In this document: positions 31,367-41,427 of the stretch, in pieces | Layout: every line of letters begins with the position of its first letter | Numbering within the stretch: position 1 is the stretch's first letter | DNA from: an uncultured delta proteobacterium | Lineage (GTDB): Bacteria; Myxococcota_A; Polyangia; Polyangiales; B10-G4 | Assembly (NCBI GenBank): GCA_963727445.1 | Contig: CAVSGI010000017.1 | Coordinates: forward strand, 64,001-128,000 | DNA length: 64,000 nucleotides | Direction of reading: 5' to 3' | The notes under the pieces: generated by a model | The model's database searches: none | The model's input: only the letters and a program-made list of their open reading frames with translations | What the model was told of the DNA's origin: nothing | Program-made: the position numbers and the translations under genes

Positions 31367-32086
31367 ATGCGAAAGACTCTGAAGGCGGTTTCCCTGACTG
31401 GATTGAGCGGGCTCTTGTGCGTGACCGCCTGCGCGACGCGCGCGTTCGACGAGGACGAGGCCGAGCTCGGCGCCTCGATCGAGGCGCTCCGACGAATCAA
31501 CGCCGACGGCACGCCAGACTGCCCCGAGCCGGGCCTCTACCGTATCGACAAGAGCGCGCTCGTCGCGTGTTCGGTCAGCGGCTACGCGAGGATCGATGGG
31601 ATCGACAGCAGTGCGGTCGCCGTCGAGCTCGGCACCCTCGACGGATACGTGCTTCCCCCGATGATGGCGGTGCGGAGCGGTGGAGAGTCCGCGCTCGACG
31701 GCGGAACCCTCCAGGTGTTGCGCGGGAATTCGGTGAGCGTTGCGGAGGAGTCCACGCCGCTGCCGAGCGCAGAGGACCTGTCGGCGCACTGCGCCACCCT
31801 CGGCGTCGAGATCGACACCGCCACCGGTGACGTGTGGGTCTGCACCGAGACCGTCGCGCTTCTTCTCCCGGCCGTGCAGTCCGCGCGAGAAGCCACGAGC
31901 TCCGATTACCCGAGCTTTGCCATGCACCCCGCGCCCGGTAGTCGTGTGCTTCCCGAGGTGACCATCTCTTCCGCCACCGCCGGCGAGGGCACCGCCACCG
32001 AAACGCCGCTCGGCGTGCTCTTCGAAGGCACCACGGGGCTGATGGCCCATACGAAAGCGACGATCGAGCCGGAGACCGTACACTAG
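31367..32086 (+). CDS. Hypothetical lipoprotein with LLLPAVQ motif
   Basis: GGAGG RBS; VTAC lipobox; ALLLPAVQSAREA. Confidence 0.75.
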   Translation: MRKTLKAVSLTGLSGLLCVTACATRAFDEDEAELGASIEALRRINADGTPDCPEPGLYRIDKSALVACSVSGYARIDGIDSSAVAVELGTLDGYVLPPMMAVRSGGESALDGGTLQVLRGNSVSVAEESTPLPSAEDLSAHCATLGVEIDTATGDVWVCTETVALLLPAVQSAREATSSDYPSFAMHPAPGSRVLPEVTISSATAGEGTATETPLGVLFEGTTGLMAHTKATIEPETVH

Positions 32087-32112
32087 CCGCGCACGGCTCT
32101 CCCGGACAGACA

Positions 32113-32183
32113 AACGCCCCGAGACCGCTTTCCGGTCTCGGGGCGTCGCGGTGTTTGCGATAGCAATAGCGTCCCCAGCGGGA
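32113..32183. repeat. Hairpin plus degenerate tRNA-Glu 3'-end fragment, copy 1
   Basis: aacgccccgagacc..ggtctcggggcgt then tagcgtccccagcggga. Confidence 0.75.
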
Positions 32184-32388
32184 CGATTTTGGAACCGCGA
32201 TCGTGGAGATGGCGCAGGCGGCCTGACGGGATCGTTGCCGTTTCGCACCGACGTCAGTCATCGCGAGGTTTGGGATTGGAATTCAGGACGCAACTCGTAC
32301 TTCGTCGACGCGATGAGAGACCATGAACCTTCGCAGAAAGCCGAAGCCGCAAGGCGGCGGTCGCGTGAATCCGCGCTACACTGCTCAC

Positions 32389-32628
32389 GTGGTTTCCATC
32401 AAAGCCAAGGTGCGAGGCGGTCGGCTGGTGGTCGATGAGGCGACGGACCTTCCCGAAGGGACGGAAGTCGAGCTCGTCGCCGTCATGGACCACGCCGAGG
32501 ATGCCTTGCGGGACGACGACCGCAGAGCGTTGCACGACTCCCTCGCGCGTGCCGCCGGGGACATCGCCGGTGGGCAGTTGGTCGATGGCGACGAGGTCCT
32601 CGAACAGCTGAAGTCACGCGGAGGGTGA
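32389..32628 (+). CDS. Putative antitoxin
   Basis: Small acidic ORF (KAKVRGGRLVVDE..LPEGTEVEL...GQLVDGDEVLEQL) overlapping toxin by GTGA. Confidence 0.8.
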   Translation: MVSIKAKVRGGRLVVDEATDLPEGTEVELVAVMDHAEDALRDDDRRALHDSLARAAGDIAGGQLVDGDEVLEQLKSRGG

Positions 32629-32945
32629 AGCGCCTCGGCCTGCGGTTCGTTCCGCACGCCGTCGAGCAGTTGGACGCCGCGAACGCGTGGTGGCGGGAGA
32701 ACCGCGAGAAGTCTCCAGACCTCCTCGTTACTGAATTCGTCGAAGCGATCGCCCTGCTACGAGAGAATCCCAAGCTGGGCGCCGAGTACCAGAACGACGA
32801 GCTCGAGGACGCGAAGCGCTATCTCCTGCGCCGAACGCGATTCCATGTCTACTACGTCGTTCGAGACGACACGCTCGTAGTCGCGGCCGTTTGGAGCGCG
32901 ATCCGTGGCCACGGTCCACCACTCGGCCGGGGGCGGCCGTCATGA
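32625..32945 (+). CDS. Type II TA RelE/ParE family toxin
   Basis: LRFVPHAVEQLDAANAWW, LRENPKLG, RYLLRRTRFHVYY, VAAVWS. Confidence 0.88.
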   Translation: MKRLGLRFVPHAVEQLDAANAWWRENREKSPDLLVTEFVEAIALLRENPKLGAEYQNDELEDAKRYLLRRTRFHVYYVVRDDTLVVAAVWSAIRGHGPPLGRGRPS

Positions 32946-33394
32946 ACCCGCTGGTGCGTCTCTGCCTCGTTGCTGTTCCGTTGTTCGTTCCGGCCTGCAC
33001 TTGCGCGGCAAGCCATCCACCGGACTGGGAGGACGCCGACGCGCATCCGCCGGACGGATCGATTTCCGACACCGGCGCCGAAGATGCCCCGCGAGACACC
33101 GAATGCAGCCAATATCCTCCACTGTTCCTGGACGCCCCGGCGTGCACGACGGATATCGAAGCAGCCTGCGAACGATGGGCAGAACAATCCGGCGCCGCCT
33201 ACGTGTACAGCGTTTGTGAGGTGTCAGATATGGGCGTGGTCCGATGTGGTCTTGGAGACTACTGCCCGGGAACGGACCCGAGCGGCCGTCCGTTGGACTG
33301 CCAGTGCAGCCCGACCGTCCACTGCTACGTCGATGAAGCCTGCGGCAGCGACACTCCCGATGGCCCACGCCGATGTGTTCCTGTTTGTCCCTGA
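32942..33394 (+). CDS. Cys-rich hypothetical lipoprotein
   Basis: VPAC lipobox-like signal; many Cys; more A/T-ending codons than neighbours. Confidence 0.65.
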   Translation: MNPLVRLCLVAVPLFVPACTCAASHPPDWEDADAHPPDGSISDTGAEDAPRDTECSQYPPLFLDAPACTTDIEAACERWAEQSGAAYVYSVCEVSDMGVVRCGLGDYCPGTDPSGRPLDCQCSPTVHCYVDEACGSDTPDGPRRCVPVCP

Positions 33395-33440
33395 GCTACC
33401 GGCAGCACCGTCGATGTGAAGAAGACTTCGTGAACGAGCC

Positions 33441-33505
33441 AACGCCCCGAGACCGTCACCGATCTCGGGGCGCCCTAGTGTTGGCGTCCCCAGCGGGATT
33501 AGAAC
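33441..33505. repeat. Hairpin plus tRNA-Glu 3'-end fragment, copy 2 (att-like)
   Basis: aacgccccgagacc..gatctcggggcg; minus strand GTTCTAATCCCGCTGGGGACGCCA resembles T-loop, acceptor stem and CCA. Confidence 0.75.
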
Positions 33506-33580
33506 TCGGCGTCTTCCTCGAGACGCCATCGCGCACGCGAACATCCAACGGGTGTGGATGACGCGATGAGTGACACGTGA

Positions 33581-33763
33581 GGCCGGGAGGGTGGGCCCCA
33601 TCCCGGGGCTTTCGCGCGTGCCAAGTCGCCCGCGATCCTCCCCGACTTGGCACGTGCGACAAGGGGCCGTTGCCCGAGCGCTCTCCGACCACGGCCGATG
33701 TCTTGGCAAGCGCTCGGATCTGCAACGGCCCCGGGCCCCGGGATGGGGCCCACCCTCACGGCC
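33581..33763. repeat. Nested inverted-repeat (Y-shaped) element
   Basis: 29-bp terminal IR (28/29) enclosing two internal hairpins. Confidence 0.85.
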
Positions 33764-33938
33764 GGGGATGCGGATCGACGAAAGCCCGCTGACGCAATCC
33801 CGGCTTCGCGCCGCCTGCGCTCCGCTGCCCCTTCGTGCGCTTCGCGCACTACGGCGCCGCTCCGCTCCGGAGGCGCTACGCCTTCTGCGTGGGCCTTCGA
33901 CCTCCGCGCTCGCGCGCTGCGGGACGAAGGCCCTCTAC

Positions 33939-36054
33939 CTACTTCTTGCCCTTCGCCTCTTCGCGCGCCTTCACCTCTTCCTTCACCTTCTCGAGGATCT
34001 GGCGGGGGACGGCGGCGTAGTGGCTGAACTCCATGGAGAACTGGCCGCGGCCGGAGGTCATCGAGCGCAGGTCGCCGATGTAGCCGAACATCTCGCTCAG
34101 CGGGCACGTCGGCCTTGATGCGGACGCCGGTGGGCGCCGGGCTCCTGGCTCTTGATCATGCCGCGGCGACGGTTGAGGTCGCCGATGACGTCACCGACGT
34201 TCGTCCTCGGGGACGAAGACGTCGACCTTCATGATCGGCTCGAGGAGCTGCGGGCCGGCCTTCGGCATGGTCTGGCGGTAGGCGGCCTTGGCGGCGATCT
34301 CGAAGGCGATCTGCCGAGGAGTCGACCGCGTGGAAGCCGCCGTCGGTGAGGGTGACCTTGAAGTCGAGCAGCGGGAAGCCGCAGAGCGGGCCCTTGTCGA
34401 TCATGACGCTTGAAGCCCTTCTCGACCGCCGGGATGTACTCCTTCGGCACGTTGCCGCCGACGACCTTCGACTCGAACACGAAGCCCGAGCCGGGCTCGC
34501 CGCGGCTCGATGCGTGTAGTCGATCTTCGCGAACTGACCCGAGCCACCCGTCTGCTTCTTGTGGGTGTAGCTGTCGTCGACGCGCCTTGGTGATGGTCTC
34601 GCGGTAGGCGACCTGCGGCTTGCCGACGTCGACCTCGACGCCGTGGGTGCGGCTTGAGGATGTCGACCTTGATGTCGAGGTGCAGCTCGCCCATGCCCTT
34701 GAGGATCGTCTCGCCCGACTTCCTCGTCGGCCTCGACGTGGAACGACGGGTCCTCGGCGACCATCTTGCCGAGCGCGTTGCCGAGCTTCTCGCCGTTGGC
34801 CTTGTCCTTGGCGGCGACGGCGATCGAGATGACCGGGATCGGGGAAGACCATCGGCTCGAGGGTGGCCGGGTTCTTCTCGTCGCGAGGGTGTGGCCGGTC
34901 TGCACGTTCTTCAGGCCGACGAGGGCGACGATGTCGCCCGCCTGCGCCGTGTCGACCATCGTTGCGGTCGTTGGCGTGCATCTCGACCATGCGGCCGATG
35001 CGCTCGGTCTTGCCGGTGAAGGTGTTGAGCACGGTGTCGCCCTTCTTGATCGTGCCCGAGTAGATGCGGGTGAAGGTCAGCGCGCCGAAGCGGTCGTCCA
35101 TGATCTTGAACGCGAGCGCGCGGAACGGGCTCGTCGGGATCGACGATGGCGAACTCGCCGGTCTCGTTGCCCTCGAGGTCGATCTCGGGCTGCGGCGTTG
35201 ACCTCGGTCGGGTTCGGGCAGGTAGTCGACGACGGCGTCGAGCACGTGCTGCACGCCCTTGTTCTTGAAGGAGGAGCCGCAGTAGGTCGGGAAGAAGTCG
35301 AGGTCGACGCGTGCCCTTGCGGATGCAGCTTCTTGAGCGTGTCGATGTCGGGCTCGTTGCCCTCGAGGTAGTCCTCCATGACGTCGTCGTCCTGCTCGAC
35401 GGCGGTCTCGATGAGCTCCGCGCGGTACTTCTCGACCGTCGTCCTTCATGTCCTCGGGGACGTCCTTGACCTCGTAGTTCTCGGGCAGGCCGGAGTCGTC
35501 CCAGATGTAGGCCTTGCGCGTCGAGCAGATCGACGACGCCGACGAAGTCGGCCTCGGTGCCGATCGGCAGCACCATGACGAGCGGCTTGGCGCCGAGGAT
35601 GTTCTTGATCTGATCGACGACGCGGTAGAAGTCCGCGCCGATGCGGTCGAGCTTGTTGACGTAGATGATGCGCGCGACCTTCGAGTCGTTGGCGTAGCGC
35701 CAGTTGGTCTCGGACTGGGGCTCGACGCCGCCGGAGCCGCAGAACACGCCGACGCCGCCGTCGAGCACCTTCAGCGAGCGGTAGACCTCGATGGTGAAGT
35801 CGACGTGGCCGGGGGTGTCGATGATGTTGAAGCTGGTGGTCCTTCCAGAAGCAGGTGGTGGCGGCGGACTGGATGGTGATGCCGCGCTCCTGCTCCTGCT
35901 CCATGAAGTCGGTGGTCGCCGCGCCGTCGTGCACCTCGCCGATCTTGTGGATCTTGCCGGTGAGCTTGAGGATGCGCTCGGTGGTGGTGGTCTTGCCCGC
36001 GTCGACGTGGGCGAAAATGCCGATGTTGCGGTATTTGCTGAGGTCCTTTGACAT
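33939..36054 (-). CDS. fusA: Elongation factor G, stand-alone copy, about 20 indels (probably artefactual)
   Basis: [71 protein letters not shown] across shifting frames. Confidence 0.93.
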
Positions 36055-36269
36055 GACTTCCGTATCCGTTTTCGGGGCCTATGGGGCTTGCCAGGAGCGC
36101 TATTAGCCACGCATCGGCCCATTGGGCAAGTCGCGATTTCGGCCGATCGGGAGCTGTGCAGGCCGAGCACGGGATTGCCCTTCCTCCGCGGGCCGTGATG
36201 GAGTGGCCGCCAGGTCGAAAACGACCCTATTTCCCCCTTCCCGGGGGACGCCGCCGCCCTGAATCGCCC

Positions 36270-37622
36270 ATGGACGACCTGCTCGCAGCCCGCTTCACGA
36301 TGGGCATCTCCCTCGGCTTCCACATCGTGCTGGCCTCCATCGGCATGGTGATGCCCTGGCTGATGGCCGCATCGCACCTGCGCTGGCTGCGCCGTGGGGA
36401 AGCGGACGCCTACCGGCTGACCCGCGCCTGGATGCGCGGCGTCGCCATCTTCTTCGCGACCGGCGCCGTCTCCGGGACCGCCCTCTCCTTCGAGCTGGGC
36501 GTCCTGTGGCCGGGCTTCATGGAGCACGCGGGTCCGATCATCGGCATGCCCTTCTCCCTCGAGGGCGCGGCCTTCTTCGTCGAGGCCATCGCCCTCGGGA
36601 TCTACTTCTACGGTTGGGGCCGGGTTCCGGCGCGCGTCCATTTCTGGATGGGGATCGTGGTGGGGATCGCGGGCGTGACCAGCGGCGCGCTGGTCATCAG
36701 CGCCAACGGATGGATGAACAGCCCCACCGGCTTCACCTGGGACGGATCGGCCGCCCACGACATCGACCCCATCGCGGCGATGCTCAACCCGGCCTGGCCC
36801 ACCCAGGCGAGTCACATGATCCTCGCCGCCTTCGAAGCCGTGGGCCTCGCCGTCGCGGGCGTGCACGCCTTCGCGCTGCGGTCGCGCGGGGTCCGCGACG
36901 CCGACATGCATCACCTCGGCTTGCGCATCGCCCTGGGCATCGCGGCCGTGGCGGCGCTCGTCCAGCCGCTGAGCGGCCACTTCACGGCGCGGAGCGTGGC
37001 CCACCGCCAGCCGCGCAAGCTCGCCGCGATGGAGTCGCTCTTCGAAACCGAGCGGGGCGCGGGCCTGCTGGTCGGCGGCATCCCCGACGTCGAGGCACGG
37101 CGCGTCTCCTACGGCTTCGAGATCCCGAAGGCGCTCAGCTTCATCGCCTACGACGACTTCGACTCGGAGGTGCGCGGGCTCGAGACCTGGGACGAGGACC
37201 TCTGGCCGCCGGTGGTCATCGTCCACCTCGCCTTTCAGGCGATGGTGGGCATCGGCACCTTCCTCGCCGCGTTCGGCGCCATCGCGCTGGTCGCGCTCTT
37301 TCGCCGCCCCGCGTGGTTGGACGCGCGATGGATGCGGCGTGCGATCCTGCTGTGCGCGCCGCTCGGATTCGTCGCGATCGAAGCGGGTTGGGTCGTGACC
37401 GAGGTGGGTCGCCAGCCCTTCATCATCTACGGGATCATGCGCACCGCCGACGCGCTGACGCCCGTGCCAGGTCAGGTCTTTCATCTGTCGGCCTTCGTCT
37501 CGCTGTACGCGCTGATCGGAGCCTTCACCGTGTGGATGTGGCGGCGACAGGTCGCTTACGCCGCCGAGCTCCCCCCGCCTTCGGAAGCGCTTTCGCGCTG
37601 GGCCCGCGGAGAAGACGCGTGA
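36270..37622 (+). CDS. cydA: Cytochrome bd ubiquinol oxidase subunit I
   Basis: [42 protein letters not shown]. Confidence 0.95.
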   Translation: MDDLLAARFTMGISLGFHIVLASIGMVMPWLMAASHLRWLRRGEADAYRLTRAWMRGVAIFFATGAVSGTALSFELGVLWPGFMEHAGPIIGMPFSLEGAAFFVEAIALGIYFYGWGRVPARVHFWMGIVVGIAGVTSGALVISANGWMNSPTGFTWDGSAAHDIDPIAAMLNPAWPTQASHMILAAFEAVGLAVAGVHAFALRSRGVRDADMHHLGLRIALGIAAVAALVQPLSGHFTARSVAHRQPRKLAAMESLFETERGAGLLVGGIPDVEARRVSYGFEIPKALSFIAYDDFDSEVRGLETWDEDLWPPVVIVHLAFQAMVGIGTFLAAFGAIALVALFRRPAWLDARWMRRAILLCAPLGFVAIEAGWVVTEVGRQPFIIYGIMRTADALTPVPGQVFHLSAFVSLYALIGAFTVWMWRRQVAYAAELPPPSEALSRWARGEDA

Positions 37623-38680
37623 CCCTATCGGCCCTCTTCGTCACGGTCTTCTTGGGCCTCGCCCTGATCCTCTACGTGATCACCGGCGGCGCAGACTTCG
37701 GCGTGGGGATCGTCGAGATGCTCGCGACCCCGGACGCGCGCCCGGCGGTCCGCAGAGCCGGCGAGAAGGCCATCGCGCCGATCTGGGAGGCGAACCACAT
37801 CTGGATCGTCGTCGCGCTGGTGATCCTCTTCGTGGCGTTTCCCGAGATCCACGTGCAGATGACGAAGAGCCTGCACATCCCGATGGTGATCATGCTGGTG
37901 GGGATCGTCCTCCGAGGCAGCGCCTTCACCTTCCGCTACTACGACGTGGGCGACGCCGGCCGGCACGGAGGCGTGTTCAGCGCGCTCTTCCGCGGGGGCA
38001 GCCTCCTGGTACCGCTGGTCTTCGGTCATCTCGCGGCGGCGATGTCCCGCGGTCTGATGCGCGCGACCCCGACCACCGTCTTGGACAGCTTCGTCGCGCC
38101 CTGGGTCGGGGCCTTCCCGGCGACCGCGGGCATCTTCACCGTCTCCCTCTTCGCCTGGCTGGCTTCGGTCTTCCTCGTCGGCGAGGCCGCACCCGACGCG
38201 CGCGCGGCGTGGATCGGTCGCGCCCGCCGCTGGACCGTGGTCATGGTCGCCGCGGGAGCTGCGACATCCCTCGCCGCGGCGTGGGAAGGCGTGCCCTGGA
38301 TCGAGGCCATCCCCCACCGCCCCCTCGTCGGGGGCATCGTGGCCGTCGCGACGATCACCGTGGGGCTCACCGTGCGCGCGCTCGAACGACCGAGCGCTCT
38401 GCCGGCGCGCGTGCTCGCCGGCGTCACGGCCACCGCGGTCGTCGCCGGCTACTTCGGCGCCATCTTCCCCATCGCCATCGAGCGCGCCGACGCCCCGCCG
38501 CTCTCGTGGTTGCGCGACGTGGCGCCGCCGGCGACGACGAACGCGCTGGCCGTCGCTCTAATCGCGGGAAGCGTGTTGATCCTGCCGGGACTCTTCTGGC
38601 TCTACCGTCTCTTCGTCACGCCCTCAGCGCCGGCGGCGCCGCCGGCGGACGGAGAAGCCGAAGCCCAGAGCGAGCACTAA
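37619..38680 (+). CDS. cydB: Cytochrome bd ubiquinol oxidase subunit II
   Basis: [32 protein letters not shown] overlap with cydA. Confidence 0.95.
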   Translation: MTLSALFVTVFLGLALILYVITGGADFGVGIVEMLATPDARPAVRRAGEKAIAPIWEANHIWIVVALVILFVAFPEIHVQMTKSLHIPMVIMLVGIVLRGSAFTFRYYDVGDAGRHGGVFSALFRGGSLLVPLVFGHLAAAMSRGLMRATPTTVLDSFVAPWVGAFPATAGIFTVSLFAWLASVFLVGEAAPDARAAWIGRARRWTVVMVAAGAATSLAAAWEGVPWIEAIPHRPLVGGIVAVATITVGLTVRALERPSALPARVLAGVTATAVVAGYFGAIFPIAIERADAPPLSWLRDVAPPATTNALAVALIAGSVLILPGLFWLYRLFVTPSAPAAPPADGEAEAQSEH

Positions 38681-39868
38681 CGCCGGGAGCACGACGGCGA
38701 AGGTGTGGGTCTCTCCCCCCGCGGCATCGCAGGAGAGCCCGCGGGCCGAGGGCGCGTCGGTGAGCGCCGGGGCGCCGGCCTCCCCGAGACCTCCGTCGCC
38801 GGCTTCGTAGGCGACGTCGTCGGCAGGCTCGTACGAAGGCGGAGCGAAGGAGACGAGGGGCGAGAAGGGACCTTCGCCCACGCCGCGCCGCACTTCCGCG
38901 GCGTGGTCGGGCGCGCCCGCGCTCACATAGGCGTCGGCGAGCGCCACGCGGATGGCGTCGTTGTCCGGATCCCACCACAGCGCGCGCGTCAGGCCGTCGA
39001 TGAGCCATTCGGTCGCCATCGCCACCGCTTCGTCGGTGTTCGCGGCGTCGAGCTCCTCCTGCGCGGTCAGAGCGCTCGGGATCTCCCAGTTCCCGTCCTC
39101 GACCTGCGCGCTGAAGTTGTCGCGGAGCGGCAGGATGCCCGCGGTGGTGGCGCAGCCGGCGCGCGGGCGTGGCGCGTTCGCCGGCAGCGTGACCCAATGG
39201 AGCGCGTCGGCGGTGAGATCGGGGACGTCGAAAGACACGCGCACGACCGCGTTGTGGCCGTCGGGGGACGGAAGGAGCGAGACCTCGACGCTCTCGACAT
39301 CGGCCCGGGGCAGGCGGATCCCGGATGCGACCTCCCGGTAGCCCTCGGCGCCGCGAAGCAGGACGCTGACGACGACGTGGGTATCCCAGCGCGAGGCGTC
39401 GAGCGCATCGGAAGGATCGGCGCCGCCCACCACGATCATGTCCGCGCGACACACACCCTGTGCCGTGGTCGCGAAGCGACGCGCGAGGGCCGCGGGGACG
39501 GGAAACATCTCGTCCCAGGAATTCACCTCCGCGCTGGGGTCCGGCGCTTCGATCGCCGCCTCCATCTCGTAGAGCTCGTCCTCGCTCAGCCTCACCGGGT
39601 CGGCGTTCGGCGCGAGGCGGCGCCCCCCGTCGTACCGATCGAAGCGGGAGACAGGCCGCGTGTCGAAAGGCGAGAGCACGTCGAGGACGCTCGCCCCCTG
39701 GCAGTCGTGCGCAACGTAGGCGTCGACGAGGAGCGAGCCGTCACTGGCCCAGCCGAGCGGCGTGTGGCGATCGAAGTCGGCGCAGCAGGCCGACGCCGCG
39801 CTGGGCGAGAGGATTGGGGCGGCGACGAGAGCGGCGAGGGTGAAGAGGGCGGCGAGGGCGCGGGGCAT
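38624..39868 (-). CDS. Exported protein with TPR-like segment and MYXO-CTERM-like tail
   Basis: Signal peptide; GLSC + TM + RRRRRRR. Confidence 0.7.
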   Translation of the reverse strand: MPRALAALFTLAALVAAPILSPSAASACCADFDRHTPLGWASDGSLLVDAYVAHDCQGASVLDVLSPFDTRPVSRFDRYDGGRRLAPNADPVRLSEDELYEMEAAIEAPDPSAEVNSWDEMFPVPAALARRFATTAQGVCRADMIVVGGADPSDALDASRWDTHVVVSVLLRGAEGYREVASGIRLPRADVESVEVSLLPSPDGHNAVVRVSFDVPDLTADALHWVTLPANAPRPRAGCATTAGILPLRDNFSAQVEDGNWEIPSALTAQEELDAANTDEAVAMATEWLIDGLTRALWWDPDNDAIRVALADAYVSAGAPDHAAEVRRGVGEGPFSPLVSFAPPSYEPADDVAYEAGDGGLGEAGAPALTDAPSARGLSCDAAGGETHTFAVVLPALVLALGFGFSVRRRRRRR

Positions 39869-40020
39869 GGCCGGGGAAAGAGCAGCTTCGGGGCCACCCA
39901 AATGCCCGGGAGATCAGGCGATTTTTCTCTCCCCGCCGGGTGCCCTCGGACACGGCGCCGTGGCCGGCGCGCCACGGGGACGCGCTGGCCAAGACGCACG
40001 ACCGGCCCCATAGGGTGGTC

Positions 40021-41049
40021 GTGAGCAACGACGACACGGTCTTCGAGGTCCTGCGCCTCGGCAACCCTCCCTGGGTCACCTTCGACCCCTTTCTCTTCTG
40101 CGTTCATCACCTCGACCACTACCCGAGGGGCAACGAGAAGATGGGGCCGGACGCCTCGCTGGCCGGGCGCAACATCGGCATGGACTTCGAAGGCATCGAC
40201 GGCTGGCGCATGTACCACGGCGATCAGGTCCCCGGATTCCCGCGCCACCCCCATCGCGGCTTCGAGACCGTGACCCTCGCGCGTCAGGGGTACATCGATC
40301 ACTCCGACAGCCTGGGCGCGACCGCGCGCTTCGGTCATGGCGACTGCCAGTGGATGACCGCCGGCGCCGGGATCGTGCACTCGGAGATGTTTCCCCTCGT
40401 CGAGCGCGACGCCGACAACCCCACCGAGCTCTTCCAGATCTGGCTGAACCTGCCGCGCAAGGACAAGATGGTGGATCCGTATTTCACCATGCTCTGGGCG
40501 GACACCATTCCAGAAGAGACCTTTCGCGACGACGAGGGGCGCGCGACGAAGGTCTCGATGATCGCGGGCGCGCTCGGTGATCGTCGGCCCCCCGCGCCTC
40601 CGCCCAACTCCTGGGCGTCGCGCGCCGAAGCCGACGTGGCGATCTGGACGATCACCCTCGAGGCGGGCGCGCGATGGACGCTCCCCGCCGCGGCCAGCAG
40701 CGACGCCAACCGCACGCTCTACTGCTTCGAAGGAGGCGACGTGCGGGTCGCGGGCGTCGACCTGCCCCTCGGTCACGCGGCGCGCCTCAGGCCCGATCGG
40801 GAAGCGGAGATCCTCTGCGGCGACACACCCACGCAGCTTCTGATGCTCCAGGGCCGCCCCATCGGCGAGCCGGTGATCCAGTACGGGCCCTTCGTCATGA
40901 ACGCGCCCGGGGAGATTAAGCAGGCCGTCCTCGACTATCAGAGCACGGGCTTCGGCGGCTGGCCCTGGGAGCAGGACGGCCCGGTCCACCCCCGCGACAA
41001 GACCCGCTTCGCGATCCACGCCGACGGGAAAGAAGAAGCCGCGGAGTGA
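40021..41049 (+). CDS. Pirin family protein
   Basis: DPFL, HPHRGFETVT, QWMTAGAGIVHSE, QIWLNLP, GPFVMN. Confidence 0.95.
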   Translation: MSNDDTVFEVLRLGNPPWVTFDPFLFCVHHLDHYPRGNEKMGPDASLAGRNIGMDFEGIDGWRMYHGDQVPGFPRHPHRGFETVTLARQGYIDHSDSLGATARFGHGDCQWMTAGAGIVHSEMFPLVERDADNPTELFQIWLNLPRKDKMVDPYFTMLWADTIPEETFRDDEGRATKVSMIAGALGDRRPPAPPPNSWASRAEADVAIWTITLEAGARWTLPAAASSDANRTLYCFEGGDVRVAGVDLPLGHAARLRPDREAEILCGDTPTQLLMLQGRPIGEPVIQYGPFVMNAPGEIKQAVLDYQSTGFGGWPWEQDGPVHPRDKTRFAIHADGKEEAAE

Positions 41050-41116
41050 GCCCGGCCCGGGGTCCGCGCACGCGCCGGGTGACGTCCGCCCCGAAGAGTG
41101 AGAGCGTGTCCGAGTC

Positions 41117-41392
41117 ATGAACCGGACGGTCTTGCTCCTGGGCGTCGCCCTCCTCCTCTCTCTCGGTCTGAACGCGCTGCAGTGGACGAACCAGAGCGAG
41201 CCACCGAGCGCGGGGAGCGAGGGGAGCGCCGCCGACTCGGTGGTGGTGAGCGCCACCAACGACGCTCCCGAAGAGACCGAGTGCTGGGTCGAGCTGGCCC
41301 AGTGCCGCGGCGACCTCCGCGAGGCGCTGAACGCCGAGCCGGAAGAGGAGGCACAGAGCGAGGCGCCGACAGAAGCGCCGAGCGCCCCGTAG
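41117..41392 (+). CDS. Small exported hypothetical protein
   Basis: N-terminal hydrophobic helix; acidic body. Confidence 0.55.
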   Translation: MNRTVLLLGVALLLSLGLNALQWTNQSEPPSAGSEGSAADSVVVSATNDAPEETECWVELAQCRGDLREALNAEPEEEAQSEAPTEAPSAP

Positions 41393-41427
41393 CACTCGAG
41401 GGCCGCCGTGACCCCGATCGAGTAGTG

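Noticed and set aside
32111..33487. Integron attC sites (AAC...GTT-bounded hairpins)
   Set aside because: About 50 bp, lacking the typical L-box/extrahelical base layout; no intI; the tRNA-att reading fits better
33482..33560. Complete tRNA-Glu gene
   Set aside because: Only about 24 nt of the 3' end match; no anticodon arm, D-arm or 5' acceptor strand
33939..36054. Programmed frameshifting or editing in fusA
   Set aside because: Too many sites, no slippery motifs, and the pattern fits merged alleles in a consensus
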